A DNA stretch of 64,000 bases, from the NCBI GenBank assembly GCA_965153285.1, contig OZ229116.1; one strand, 5' to 3'. Shown here one piece after another: positions 27,569-40,569 of the stretch. The stretch comes from Podarcis tiliguerta (lineage: Eukaryota). Made by a program: the position numbers and the translations under genes. Below the pieces are notes generated by a model. The model searched no databases, was not told where the DNA came from, and saw only the letters and a list, made by a program, of their open reading frames with translations. Numbering within the stretch: position 1 is the first letter of the stretch; every line of letters starts with the position of its first letter.

Positions 27569-27986
27569 CGCTCTCAGCATCCAGCAAACAAGAGGAGGAA
27601 CTCCACAGACATCATTTCTGAACTAATCCTTATTAGTTTCAGTGAAACATAATCCCAAATTAGTGTGCTCGGGATCACAACCCAAACTTTTTGCTGGATC
27701 AGTAGGTAGTTTTTGAAAATATACTTCTTTTAAAATATAGGTAAGGATCTAGTTCACAATATTTGATTAAAGAACATCTTGAAGATAGGGAAATAGAACA
27801 AAACAGGAAGACTCAACACTGCCAGTCTTGTGTAACATCTGTTTTTGAACAACAAGGGATTATATAAGCGAAATACCAATATCAGTAAGTAACCTTGGGA
27901 AGGATTCTTCAGTCATCCTCAGCATTCTCTTGTCTGCTGATAGTATCCTTATTTCAGGGTTGCACAATATAGCACACCCTCTAGAT

Positions 27987-28236
27987 CAGGGGTCAGCAAA
28001 CTTTTTCAGCAGGGAGCCGGTCCACTGTCCCTCAGACCTTGTGGGGGGCCGGACTATATTTTGAAAAAAATAATGAACAAATTCCTATGCCCCACAACTA
28101 ACCCAGAGATGCATTTTAAATAAAAGGACACATTTTACTCATGTAAAAACACACTGATTCCCGGACTGTCTGTGGGCTGGATTTAGAAGGCGATTGGGCT
28201 GAATCCGGCCTCCAGGCCTTAGTTTACCTACCCATG
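27987..28236. mobile_element. Non-autonomous hAT (Charlie-group) element, 250 bp
   Basis: Perfect 8-bp TSD CTCTAGAT at 27979-27986 and 28237-28244. TIRs CAGGGGTCAGCAAACT / AGTTTACCTACCCATG. Confidence 0.92.
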
Positions 28237-28373
28237 CTCTAGATGTTGCTGGACTCCACTTCGCATCTGCCCCATTTCATATGGCCAATGATCAGACAAT
28301 GTTTTGACTTCTATTATTCCATCTCACTAATAGTAAAAATATTTAAAGCCCTGGGGGCAGAGATTTTTAAAAT

Positions 28374-28760
28374 TTCTTTGGCGATCACTTGTAGCCGAGT
28401 AAGATTATCTTCCATAAACACAGTTTTAACAGTGAGTCCATAAGTGACTGTGGAGGCCAATTCTGGATCCATGCATCCTTCCACAGTGAAGACATAGGTT
28501 TCTGGGTGGGAGCTGATCATGGTAAGGGTTTGTTTGCCCAGCGTGCCTTCCTTTTAGCATCTTTCTCCCTTTCATCCTGAGTTTGAGCATCTTCAAAGCC
28601 CATGACGCCTTTGGTAAAGGCTGTTCTCCAATTGGAGCGCTGGCAGTGTTTCCCAGTTGTGACTTTTTAAAAAAAGATTTGCCTTGAGAGAGTCTTTAAA
28701 CCTCTTTTGTTGACCACCAGCATCACACTTTCCATTTTTAAGTTTGGAATAGAGCAGTTT
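28374..28760 (-). mobile_element. RTE-clade LINE 3' end, 5'-truncated
   Basis: The minus strand encodes KLLYSKLKNGK...GGQQKRFKDSLKANL and the terminal zinc finger CLHCGRMHGSRIGLHSHLWTH, followed by a short 3' UTR ending ...GATCGCCAAAGAA. Confidence 0.88.
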
Positions 28761-30588
28761 ATTTAATTTCCTTAAGTACTTAAATCCGAACATTTTGTTA
28801 TTTTTAGGTGCATCCTCAACAACACTCCACGGAAAATAATTGTCACTAAGAATATAAAAAAGAGACCTACTGGTTCAGGCCAGTGGTCCGTCTTTCACAC
28901 AGGAGCAAACCAGGTGTGTTTGGGAAGCCAGGCACACACACAACATGAAAGCAACATGAAACCATTTAAACAAGTGGCCATGCCCTTATCCTGTGGCAGT
29001 GAATTCCATCAGCTACTAATGCATGGCAGTATCCAACAGATACTAGCACAAAGGACCTTTGACTGTGTAATGGAAGTTCCTCTCCCTTTCTGCCCAGTGG
29101 TGGAGCTTCATCTCTGGCACCGGGGGGCGGAGAGCAGGCGGGATGGGGCTGGTGTGCGTCCCGGGGGTGTGGCACAGTGACTGTGGGGGCAGGGCGCCCA
29201 GCACTCCTCCACCAGTGTCTCTGTCTTGCATGCACCCCCTAAATCCATTCTGGGGGTTCCTCCAACCCTCTGTAACAGATTTGTGGAGGACGCAGGAGCT
29301 GAAATCCTTGCACTAGTGGAAACACTTTCATGGGTACTTTCAGAACAGTACCATAAGGATAGTGAAAAACAAAACAAATTGGGTGTGTCCCCCCCAAAAA
29401 AAAATCCCATTACATGCTTAGCAAATTAGGAATTGCATCAGTAGAACCACAGGCTGTTATTTCTTCCAAATTAATTGAAGAATTACTATATGTTCTGAAG
29501 CTGTGAGCATTTATGCATATGCCCTTTTTTATTCTCAGCCTTATACCATGTTGCTTGGGTTGTCCACAACACTGCCTGCTCTTCACCTTTTTCTTGGTGT
29601 CTTGTGCTTCCATGAGGCCCTTTTATTCTCAGTGCGTGCTTCCTGAGGTCATCTACACACACAAAGCTGATCAAGTAAAACAATATTAAGCCCCTGTCCT
29701 TTTTCCCCTTCTTTTGACAAAACAAAAAACGCAACAGCACTAACTTGTTAAGAGGTTCAAGGTGAAGCCTGCATGTGTTCATACCTGTCCAATTGTCCGT
29801 GTAGTTTTAAATTTGCATGTATCTATTTTACCTGCACTGCACTGGTGTCACATGGTGTTTAAATAAAAAAATAAATCCAAGAACATGCAGTAGCTTGCAT
29901 TTTACTGCCAGAGTGAAACTTCACCATCCTACCAAGGGAGCTTTTTGTAATGTTTGTAATGTGCTGCTTTCGTGCTTTAGCAAAGAAAAATGTCACTGCT
30001 GGGCTTTATTTTTAACAGACTTTTTAAACATCAATTAATGCAAGCAAATGTAGTGGAGGGTTTCTGGCTTGTTATTTATATGGGTGAGAGAGAGAGAGAG
30101 AGAAAGGGAAGAGAGCAAGCAGCTAGGGAGAGGCAGGTTGTTTTATTTTTAACTCTGAACAATTGGAGAACAGAGAGGGAGACTTTGAAAGGCACAAATG
30201 GCAGTCAGGTGCCAAATGTCCCCTGAAAGGCAAGGGGGATTTAGGCCTTTGACTTTACTCCATGCCTCCAAATATGTCATGTAGACTGTGTGTTTCCTTT
30301 TTTATTATTATTTTCTGGAGCACATTTTGAGGTATAGAAGGTATCGGCAAAGCTGGCAGATTTAAATGTCGCTGAAGGGACCACACGGTTCGAACAGCTA
30401 ATGGAAATAAACATTTTGACATAGGGGCCAAGAATAAGGGGTTGTTTTTCTTAATGGCATTTACCCCTAGAAAAAGCGGAAAAAACAGCCAAGTATATTC
30501 AGCTCAGATCCCACTTACGAAATAGAAGCACAAGTGCATATAGGCTATTTCATGCATTCCTATCTCAGGCTTTATTGTAAAAGGGATA

Positions 30589-31057
30589 TCGCATTGGCCC
30601 GAATATAAGCCACACCCGCAAATACACTGCACCTTTAAAATTCAAGGGGAGGGGAGAGACAAGACCCAACTAAAGGTACCATCCCCCCATGCTCCTGGGC
30701 TGCTTCCTGGGGGAAGCCACGCTGCTTTGCTGGCAGCCTTCCCCCTTCTTTCCAGTGGTTTGGGGGGAGGCTTGGGAGCAGCAGGTGGAGTGTGTGCTGT
30801 TGTCCCACGCTCTTGGGCCGCTCTCTTGGGGGGGAGCCATGCCGCTTTGCCGGCAGCCTTCCCCCCAATAGCTAGGGGGAGGCTTGGGAGCGGCGGCAGC
30901 CTGGGTACCATTGCCCCGTGCTCCTGGGGTACTTCCTGGCGGCGGGGAGCCACGCCACTTTGCTGATGGTGTAAGGTCACGAATATAAGCTGCGCTTTAA
31001 CGTTTCATGGTCGGAATTTGGGGGGGAAAAGTGTGGCTTATATTCAGGCCAATACAG
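30589..31057. mobile_element. pogo/mariner-type non-autonomous element with an internal GC-rich tandem repeat
   Basis: TIRs TCGCATTGGCCCGAATATAAGCCACAC / GTGTGGCTTATATTCAGGCCAATACAG, with TA on both flanks. Confidence 0.88.
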
Positions 31058-31996
31058 TAATGTCCCCTTTTTTCTTTTACGTTTGGTACTTCCATTCCAG
31101 TTTTGGGTTAAATTCAGTGTACTATGGTCTGGTTTACTGCTTGAGACTTGAACCTTGGACTCAGTCCATTTCCTGCTCCTTTCATTCATTGCAGATAGCA
31201 GGTAACAAGCGCACCTGGAGATCTGTGTTTCTCTTACCCTGCAGGACACAACTTGATTTCTGGCTAGTTCTCTCTTGGATTTTCCGTAAGATTCCACATT
31301 AAAATGAATATGGACTCTCCCTACTTCACTCAGTAATGCCCACCTACGTTAAAGGGAATGCTGTTATTGAGCAAACACTTCTTGGAGCAATGCGGTAGAA
31401 TTAACCCTAGATACATAGAAATAACCCGTTTTTAGGAGCGTACATAACAACCTTTACTGACGGCAACAGACTTACTAGGCAGTGAAGCAAGTAACACCCT
31501 CTTGCTGCCTTCACCTCTTTTTTTGACTTCTGAAATAACCTTGCTTTTTCAAAATATGACTGGGCTAATATTCCTCTGTGTTCTCTCCATTCCTCGTGGC
31601 ATTGCCCAGTAGTAAATCCCTGTGCACATCCCTTTAAAGTTTTTTAAGTCAAGTTGCTTCTTGTGTAGAGGAAAAGAGACGGCAGAGAAATGAATTCTGC
31701 CTTTACATCAGCGTACTTATTTTCCCTCTCTGTTTGTAAAAAGACTGACAAGTAAGCATAACATGACTAGTGCTGTCAGGAAGTACATAAACTTGCTAGC
31801 TTCAAGATTTCTGATGGAGACACTTAGGCAGTTTTAAAGCAATGTCTGGGATTCAGAACTGACAGCCCACGGGCTTCCAGAGACCCAAATCTAGAGAAGT
31901 TACACGCGCAGAGTTTTAAAAGCATTCTCAAGAACCTTTCTTTGCACATCATAAATTTCTTAATTTTGAAATCTAGATTAAAAATAATAATAATTA

Positions 31997-32167
31997 GGGG
32001 GCATAGCGGAGTGGTAAATTGGATGGTTTGGCATGCAGAGTGGCCCATATTTAATCTGCATCATCTCCAGTTAAATGGACCAGGGTCAGACCTGGAGAGC
32101 TGCTTCCAACTGCTGTAGTCAGCACTGGACTAGACAGACCAATGATCTGACAGCTTTGTATGTACTA
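31997..32167 (+). mobile_element. Diverged tRNA-derived squamate SINE (same type as 40170-40360)
   Basis: Head GGGGGCATAGCGGAGTGGTA...GCATGCAGA and tail CCTGGAGAGCTGC...ACTGGACTAGACAGACCAATGATCTGAC. Confidence 0.65.
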
Positions 32168-32199
32168 CATCAGTACATACTTGTGAGACGAGTGTCACT

Positions 32200-32260
32200 A
32201 CTATTCCCATTTTACAGATGAGAACTGAGACTGATAGAGTGTGATTTGCTCAACTCACCT
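32200..32260 (-). mobile_element. MIR CORE fragment
   Basis: TATTCCCATTTTACAGATGAGAACTGAG is the MIR core in antisense. Confidence 0.7.
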
Positions 32261-34195
32261 ACTGATTTGGTTCAAAGGCCTTAGTTCACTGGAACTAGTA
32301 ACACTTTGTCTAAGCAGAGAAATCAAATTACTATGGCTGAAGCATTTTTGTAATTCTTCATTGTAGCTTCAGAAATATTTAAGACTGGGTGGTTTTACTT
32401 TTTGCTTTTTGCTGGAGCTCTCATCAGGAATTGTAGGAGCAACCTGCTTCGATTATTGGTTTTCATTAAATGACATTCTTTGGCTTGCAGATGCCTCATT
32501 TGTCTTTCTGCTGTCCTGCTCTTCTACATTGGCAGATGTATTTGTGTTTGAGTGCACTTTCATCAAGGATCTCCATTCCTAATTGAGTTATGATAATTTA
32601 GGGCAAATAATTCATTGTTGCAACACTGTCATAATATGCAGTATGTCTGTGCTCTGCTGTTGTACCAAAGCAAAATACATTTTGTGCCATACCTGTTCAA
32701 AGTCACTTAGAATGTTATGTAGGGATGCACAAAATTAAGAGTGGTAATGTTTGCCATTAATACAATGCTACGGCAGCATATGAGAACAGGGTCATGTGTT
32801 TTTTTTAAAGGTGCCATTACATATATTAAAAGTGTTGGAACAGTTTTCTACTTGCCATTTGATCTGTCTAAAGCAAGTTCTAAATAGATGTGTATTTTGA
32901 ATATTACACAGCTAGAAAGATTGTTTTCATCATGCTCTCTGTGTGACTGTGAAGTACTACTTGGTCTTTTATTATTATTAAGCAAGGGGATATTGTATCC
33001 TGAGGAATCCTTTAAAACAGGGCTAGGACATGTGGGGTTTGTAAGCTAAATCTAGTCTGCCAAGACTTTTCACGGAAAAGCTCTGCCTCTTTATCCTGGG
33101 ATAAATTGGAGGGGGCAGCAGTGTGAGCAGTGAAGTATTGGTGGGTTGTTTAAAACCTTCTGGATTCATATTGCATTAAAGCATTTGCACTTTATGATGC
33201 ACATAGCAGTGGGAAAGTGCCATTCTGCATGCTTTAGGATTTTTCTTCTCACAGTTGAACACCTGGAAAATGTTAATTTGTTGCATTTCTGCAGTTAGAA
33301 AACCCACACATTCTATTCTGCTGTCTATACTAATGGAAACAACAGTATATGGTACTTGGTCATTAATCCGGCCATTGTAGATTAATGCCCTTTCTTGCCC
33401 TTTAGGAAATGATTTCTCTTAAGCAGTAGATTGTTTCACATTCTGCTGTGAATGTGAAAGGAAGAGATAGTACAAGTCTGTTGCACTTGACTCTGTAAAC
33501 GGGATCTCTTATTTCTGGCTGATGGTTTCAGACCGTTTAGTGACTTAACTACCCATGAGTAAGCATGGAGGAACACGCAGGGAGTTAGTATTCTCATACT
33601 GATTTGAGTTCATATGTAATGTTAAACCAAACAATGCCTTAGCAGGCAGGCGAGTTCCCAGAAAGGAGATTGTGGACACTTTGCTGTTCCTCCAGGCCTG
33701 CAGCTGTGGGCTAAGCCACTGTATGTTTTAGCATATCGTCCAAACCCAGGTTTGTGGTTTGTTACCTCCAGACAAACCACAAATTGGAAACCAAGAACAA
33801 ACCTTGAGTACAGCTTCTTGTCTTCCTAGAAGAAGCCAAAACACAAGCCCGGATTCAGACGACACAATAAGCCCAATTTTATCTTAATTCACAGCTGTAG
33901 GATCTGAGGAGAAGCAAAGTGGTCATGAACTCCTCTCCAGGAGCATTTTCACAATAAGCCATGGTTTGGCTTAACATAGTGTGTGAACTGAGCAAATGTA
34001 TCTTCACTTTTGCCTTTTCAGTCTTTGAATGAACCCCCCCCCCCCCGAGTATTTTGAAATATGTGGTGCAATTTGGGCACAACTGCAGTGGTGGTAGCAG
34101 CAACAGCAGAAGTTGCAATAATAGTAGTTTTCATTGCCACACCAATTGCACATGGCAGTTTCTCAACCTTGAATTTACCACTTGTAGGGCCTACA

Positions 34196-34545
34196 GGGAT
34201 GCGGGTGGAGCTGTGGTCTAAACTACGGAGCCTAGGGCTTACCAATCAGAAGGTTGGCAGTTCGATTCCCCGCAACCGGGTGAACTCCCGTTGTTCGGTC
34301 ATAGCTCCTGCCCACCTAGCACATCAAAGTGCAAATAGATAAATAGGTACCGCTCCAGCGGGAAGGTAAACGGCGTTTCCGTGCGCTGGTCTCGTTCGCC
34401 AGAAGCGGCTTAGTCATGCTGACCAGATGACCCGGAAGCTGTCTGCGGACAAACGTCAGCTCCCTCAGCCTAGAGCGAGATGAGCGCGCCACCCCAGAGT
34501 CGTCCGCAACTGGACTTAATGGTCAGGGGTACCTTTACCTTTACC
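34196..34545 (+). mobile_element. Full-length Sauria SINE
   Basis: tRNA-like head with B box GTTCGATTCC, body motif AAATAGGTACCGCTCCAGCGGGAAGGTAAACGGCGTTTCC, and an (ACCTTT)n tail. TSD TAGGGCCTA at 34185-34193 and 34546-34554. Confidence 0.95.
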
Positions 34546-36700
34546 TAGGGCCTAGAGTAGAATTTGCCCATTTCACATTGAAACTCTGTCTTTCCCCAAT
34601 GTTGGAGACTTTTTCTCATGAATAGAACCATTTACCCCCCAAATGCAAATGAATGGCACCCCCCAAGATCTCTAGGATGATGAGCAAATCTGAGTTTGGG
34701 TGAAATAGGAGCTGGGGGGAGGGGAGGATGATAGAAGAAAATGGAAAATCTCAGTTTGATCCAGGTTCAAGTTTTATTGGATGAATATTCAAAAGCATTC
34801 ATCTCTAGACAGAACCCTGGCAATTCACTGCAGCTCCAATGGCAATAATAAATAAATGCATTTTTTACAGCCAAATGGTTCAAGCAGCCAACAAAGTTAA
34901 CACTATATAATTAATAACAATAAGCAATTAAAGAGAACAGCAGGTTACAGTGATAAAGCACCGAAATATATTAACGTAAAAAAGAAATACTGAATACTTA
35001 TATGAAAAGGGAGTGCATTAGGTCAACTTATAACCCTTTTTCTTCTGGATAAAGGGCATACACACACACACACACACACAACACTGCTGCTGTTAAACCT
35101 TCATTTATTCCAGTGGGACTTGTGTGGGAATCTTGTGCAAGCTGCACAGGAAGAAAGCTGTACATGAAGAAAGTAGACTGACTGGTAGATTGCACCCAAA
35201 ATCTGAATGAAAGGGATGAGATGGTGTGCAACTAATAAAAGATTATGAATACCACCATTCCCAAAACAATGCACTATGCTGAATGCTGGGGGAATGAAAA
35301 AGTTGCATAAGAAGGCATGGGCTTAACAGCAACAGAGCTAATGTGTCAGTACAGTAAAGCCAAGCCTGTTTACTCAGGTACGGCTAATTGAGATCTTACC
35401 TGTTTGCATTTGAATGTGTGAGGCCTTTCATCTTTTTAAGCCCAGTGAATTTTATTTTCTGCTTTTTGTTGTTGTTGACATGATAAAGAAGACATAGAAA
35501 ATGGAAAAAATAATATACGCCATTCCCATACTAATCCACCCTCCACCCGCCATGGTTTCGTTTGCTTCCCTATTAACCTTAGGGAATAGTTTTTCTATTC
35601 TCTCTAGGGAATAATATCCGAGGATAGAGGGAACAGTTTCCCTAGCATTCAAGGAGTTATCAAGCATCATTTAACATATAGGCTTGGTCAGTTCCGTATT
35701 AATTTAAAATATATGCCCATCCTACCTACTGTATCAGCATCTTACAGACAACTTTTACTGCTATGCATTCAGCAGGTGACTCACAAATCTATTCATTTAA
35801 GTTTATGCACCTACCTTCACTAAGCAAGGCATCTGGTTAGGAGGGAAGCAAGGCACCTCTGGGAGAATCCTCATCTCAGGCTTGCTCCAATTTAGGCCCT
35901 TTACTTAGCATTACATTTTGATGGTCCTTTGTATTGCACTAAATATTAGGTATGTGCACCAACCCCACAATATGTGGTTCAGACCTCAGGGAACAGCCCA
36001 CCTTGATCTGAAGGGCTTTGGTAGCTGCTTAGTTCAGCTCTGGGTCTGAGGCCAAGTTCACTTCAAAAAAAACGAGGCTTTGTTTCTTCCCATTCGCTTT
36101 GAGGGAAGTAAAACTGCTATAACTCCCCCCCCACCCCCCACTTTTCATCAGAAATTGTTAAAATTTGCAGACCAAGTAGTCCCTTCAGAGTGGGTTATGC
36201 CTTCCAAATTACAGGCAAGTAAGTCCAGGTGTTCTTTTTTATTTTGGGTGCTAGGTGCCTTTTTAATTTATTTTTAAAAGGAAATGTATATAACTTTTTT
36301 ATATTTTGGCAGAAATGTGTAGGCATCGGGGGGGGGGCGTTAAGGTGAGGGGATAAAGCCATTTCAGAAGGACAGCTGCAGAGATTTCCCCACAAGTGTA
36401 GCTTTTACAGAGTTTGGGGGGAGGTGTGGAATATCTCCTGCAGTGTTCTGTGAGCAATTGGTCTGAAAATAGCATGAGGCATGAGAGAGGTGCCCCGGGT
36501 AAGGAACCTGTCAAACTGCAGACCAGTTGGCTAGGCATCCTTTAAAAGTTGATTGGGCTGGGTGGGCGCAACTGAAAGGGGTTCACTTTCCTCCCCCAAA
36601 GCCTTAGGATTGGAGATTCTGGGTTATATAAATTCCCTATGATTCTAAGCTTGACCTATCAGCCACAACAGAACTCTCTCTCTTCCCACCCTGGTATTTG

Positions 36701-36831
36701 NNNNNNNNNNNNNNNNNNNNNNNNNNNNNNNNNNNNNNNNNNNNNNNNNNNNNNNNNNNNNNNNNNNNNNNNNNNNNNNNNNNNNNNNNNNNNNNNNNNN
36801 NNNNNNNNNNNNNNNNNNNNNNNNNNNNNNN
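36701..36831. other. N-block, 131 bp
   Basis: Run of N. Confidence 0.99.
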
Positions 36832-38712
36832 AGTAGGCAAGAACCTGGTCACATGTTTCCTGGAGTGGTGTGCTTGTTACTTCCTATAGGATTGTTTGCA
36901 GGCTAGTCTGCTAATAGCTACATGTTTCTGTGACCAGCTCTTGTTATTTAAGCCCAACCATGTGAGGTGGGAGCAGATTGCACACATCATAATTAGCGGT
37001 CGGCTGTGGGACAGGGTCCAAATGCTGTAAGAAAGGCTCACATGACTAGGCTGGGGCATTTAAATGGTACAACAGTTACTTAGGGGTTCCATTGAGGCTA
37101 AGGTAACCTGGATAGAGCAGATTGCATGGTTGCCTTCCCCTTTGGTGACATACTTCATGGATCAGTAATAACAGCCAAGGGACCTGCCCTAACCAAGTGA
37201 GTGGAAGAGGGACTTGTTACCCAGAGCAACATGGGAGCAGCCACAGAGGTGGCAACCACATCACTCCTGCTAACACGAAAAAGAGGACCCAACAGTATCT
37301 AGTGGCGTTCTTCTTGCTGCCTGAAAACATAAATGAACACCAAAAAATACACCAAAAGAAAAGGGCAGTGTATCAGAACAGCTTTGTGTCAAGCCTTTGT
37401 ATATCAGCATGACCAACAAATTTGCTTATTTATAATATTTAGAAAAACAAATAATGCTTCAGAGGTAGCCGGCAGTTCTCTGTAGTCTGGTCTGGCCATT
37501 CCCTCCACCCCCTTGGTTTCTTCTGTAGGCAGCTCTTGAGACACTTGCTCTACATCCTGAGCAAAAATTAGTTGATGAAAGAGTTGTCAGTAATGCTCCA
37601 TTCGTATGACTGATCCACTGTACTGTGGAATTCATATTGACTGACTGCTTGTCTCAGTGTTAAAAAGACTGTTTTCCCTGCAGATGTGACTTTAGAACAG
37701 GTAGCATTTAGTTTATGCTGCATGAAGTGTCCATGAAGTATCCTCTTTCAATTTTACCAATTTTTGTTTTTTTTGTGTAGAACTCGATGGTAGATATACC
37801 AGTACTTCCACCAGTTCCAGAAGTCCCAGACGGGTGGGAAATACTAGTAGGTATTTAACATCAATGACAGAGAAAGCTATCTCTTGAAATATCACCAACG
37901 CTTAAAAAATAATAATACACTTGACACAGCAATACTGATTAAGAGAATCAGTGCTTTAAAATAGGCCAAAAACCTTTTGATTTCAACTAAAGTACATTTT
38001 CCATAATGTTAATGTGACTCTTATTCATCATACTTCTCCCCTCCCTCAGAAACACATAGCTTTAACCATCAATTTTACTATAATTTTATGTGATTTACTG
38101 CTGAAAGGCAGGGTAAGGAACTTATTTCAGAGACAGAAATGTCATACAAGCACACAATTAGAACCTAGAACTTGAGGGGATGTCCACAAAAGCTTAAAAC
38201 ATTTCATGACTTGCTCCCCAAGGAACTTAGAAATTGTAGTAGCTCTTGGAGCGAAGTGAGTAATCTCTTACAGAGAATTCTGAACATCCTCATAGAACTA
38301 CAGTATCCAAGGTACCTGGGGAAGAATTGGTATAATAGCTGCTTGCAATATAGACACACACCTAATTTAACTACATTGTAATTCTGAGTACTATATGAAC
38401 CCTGATTCCACACTGACTACGGCCTGGTTCAGACTTTATGATGTGGTTGCCATTCACCAGGCAAAGTTCTCAGTTCACAGTAATATTGCTTGAAACTCAG
38501 CATCACACGGGTCTCCCGGAATTCAGTGTACTTCCCACACCAGTACCTCCCCTTGTTTGGGATGTGACACACATGGCCCACAGGGAAGGACTGATGTACA
38601 TGGATACCAGCAAAGGGAAAGCATTGATAGTGGGCTTATGCATGTACTTAGAAATGCTCAACTATCTTTAGTGAGAGCAGGATAAGACATTTGGCATGGG
38701 TGCATGTAGAGC

Positions 38713-38714
<2 letters not shown>

Positions 38715-38746
<32 letters not shown>
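38715..38746. repeat. (AC)n microsatellite
   Basis: Read directly. Confidence 0.95.
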
Positions 38747-38748
<2 letters not shown>

Positions 38749-38824
38749 GTATGATAGGTGTATTTTAATAGCTTCATTTTTGTTATGTTTTAGAACCTAC
38801 TTGGCAAAAGAAAAATGTTGAGTG

Positions 38825-39066
38825 CCGTATTTTTCGCTCTATAAGACGCACCTAGTTTTTGGAGGAGGAAAACAAGAAAAAAAATATTCTGAATCTCAGA
38901 AGCCAGAACAGCAAGAGGGATCGCTGCGCAGTGAAAGCAGCAACCCCTCTTGCTGTTTTGGCTTCTGGGATAGCTGCGCAGCCTGCATTCGCTCCATAAG
39001 ATGCACACACATTTCCCCTTACTTTTTAGGAGGAAACAAGTGAGTCTTATAGAGCAAAAAATACAG
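38825..39066. mobile_element. pogo/Tc1-mariner-type MITE
   Basis: TIRs CCGTATTTTTCGCTCTATAAGACGCAC / GTGAGTCTTATAGAGCAAAAAATACAG followed by TA. Its right end is the reverse complement of the left end of 16342-16659. Confidence 0.88.
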
Positions 39067-40169
39067 TATTTTCCTTCCTTAAAATTGTTAGCAGAACTTT
39101 TTTTTTATTATACTTAATTTTCATTCCGTCAAATGTTTTGAATATAAGTGAACCAATAATCATGGCAAGCTCGGAACTCTACCCAATAACACAAAGAAAT
39201 CTAAGCTCTTTGGGAATAATGTTTAAAGATTTCAGATCCATATGGACATATGGATCTTTGAATTCCCAGGCACTTATTACCTATCCCACCTGTCTCTGGC
39301 TTACTGAGCCTGAATGGGGTTTCCTCAACCCACCTGTTCCCCAGGTTGCCCTGCTTGGCTGGAAACATGGAAGAGACCAAAGTTCATGTCCTCCATTCTT
39401 CTACCCAAAGATAGAACTATCTCCCATACATCACCTCCAGACAATTCTAGCCCCTGGCTTCCAGTCAGCTGCTGCACTATAATAACATGCAGCTTAATCC
39501 CATGGGAATCCTCTCCTGCCCTTTCCCACTGCTTCTGGCACCCCTGTTTCTTTCTTCTCTATAACATTAGGTCCTCCATCCCTTCCTTTTGTAATTTATT
39601 GGCTCCAAAAGCTGCAAAAATACATGCACTGTATTAACAACCCTGTGGAGGGAAAGTCCATTCCGCCTGCTGCGGAAGCAGAGCTACTGCCTCTAACAAA
39701 TTGTTGCTCTAGGCATTTGTCTAGGGTCATCTACTATCACTTCAGTCTTGCTAGAACCGAGAGCTAGGAACTGGCACTTTATTCCACTTAAGTTACCAAT
39801 ATTTGGTGTGAGTGGGAGAGCGGGAGACATACTGCTTCAGTTAGTTCAAAGTCTAAATTCAGACCAATAATTTCTGTTGCACTTCTTTTAAAGAAATAAA
39901 GAAAGGGAAATACAGAGATCATTCTTAGAGTATCCCATATAACATAGGGCACAATGGCAACAGCGTAATGTAACTTTGTGATGCATACCCAATTTGCCTC
40001 TTACGATACAGTCTATTTCTGACTACCAGATGCTAGAAGCTAACAATAGAGAAAGCTATCATGATGATTCCCTGCTTGTGATCTTCCCTGTGGCATCTTT
40101 TGTCTGCAGTTAAGAGGACAGAATGCTTGACTAGAATTACCATTAGTGTGCCCCAGCATGGCATTTCTT

Positions 40170-40360
40170 GGGAAGAGGCCACAGCTCAGTGGTAGAGCTC
40201 ACGCTTTGCATGCAGAAGGTCCCTGGTTCGGTCCCTGGCATCTCAAGTTTTAAAAAAGGAACTTGAGTAACAGGGTTGGGAAAGATCTCTGCCAGTTAAT
40301 ATGGATTGCACTGAGCTACATGGCTAATTGTGTAACTAATGAAATAAGGCTTTATGTGTC
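40170..40360 (+). mobile_element. tRNA(Ala)-derived squamate SINE (Squam3-like)
   Basis: A box AGCTCAGTGGTAGAGC, anticodon region TTTGCATG and B box GGTTCGGTCC, then GGGTTGGGAAAGA...CTGCCAGT...ACTGAGCTA tail. Confidence 0.8.
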
Positions 40361-40530
40361 TTTGTGTTTTCACTGCCCACTTGTAATCAAATCAAATGCA
40401 TAGAAAATGCATGTCATACGCTGTCTTCAGGCTGTAGGGGGTAAATCACGTTTGAATGTTCTTCCTATGTTTTTATAAAAAGCCTTTCTGCACACAGAAA
40501 CATAGCAGGTTAGCTTTCCATATGCAAGGA

Positions 40531-40569
40531 TTTGTTTGTTTGTTTGTTTGTTTGTTTGTTTGTTTGTTT
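40531..40569. repeat. (TTTG)n microsatellite
   Basis: Read directly. Confidence 0.95.

Noticed and set aside
33700-33990. Imperfect palindromic tracts here, near 930-1075 and near 60550-60755 as structured RNAs
   Set aside because: Most likely decayed MITEs; I could not define boundaries or TSDs.
16340-38824. TG instead of TA at the left flank of both pogo-type MITEs as a new target preference
   Set aside because: The copies are in opposite orientation, so different element ends are affected, and the other flank is TA in both; independent transitions explain it.
40170-40245. Functional tRNA-Ala gene (and tRNA-Lys at 44751)
   Set aside because: The stems are disrupted and each head continues into a SINE body or tail.
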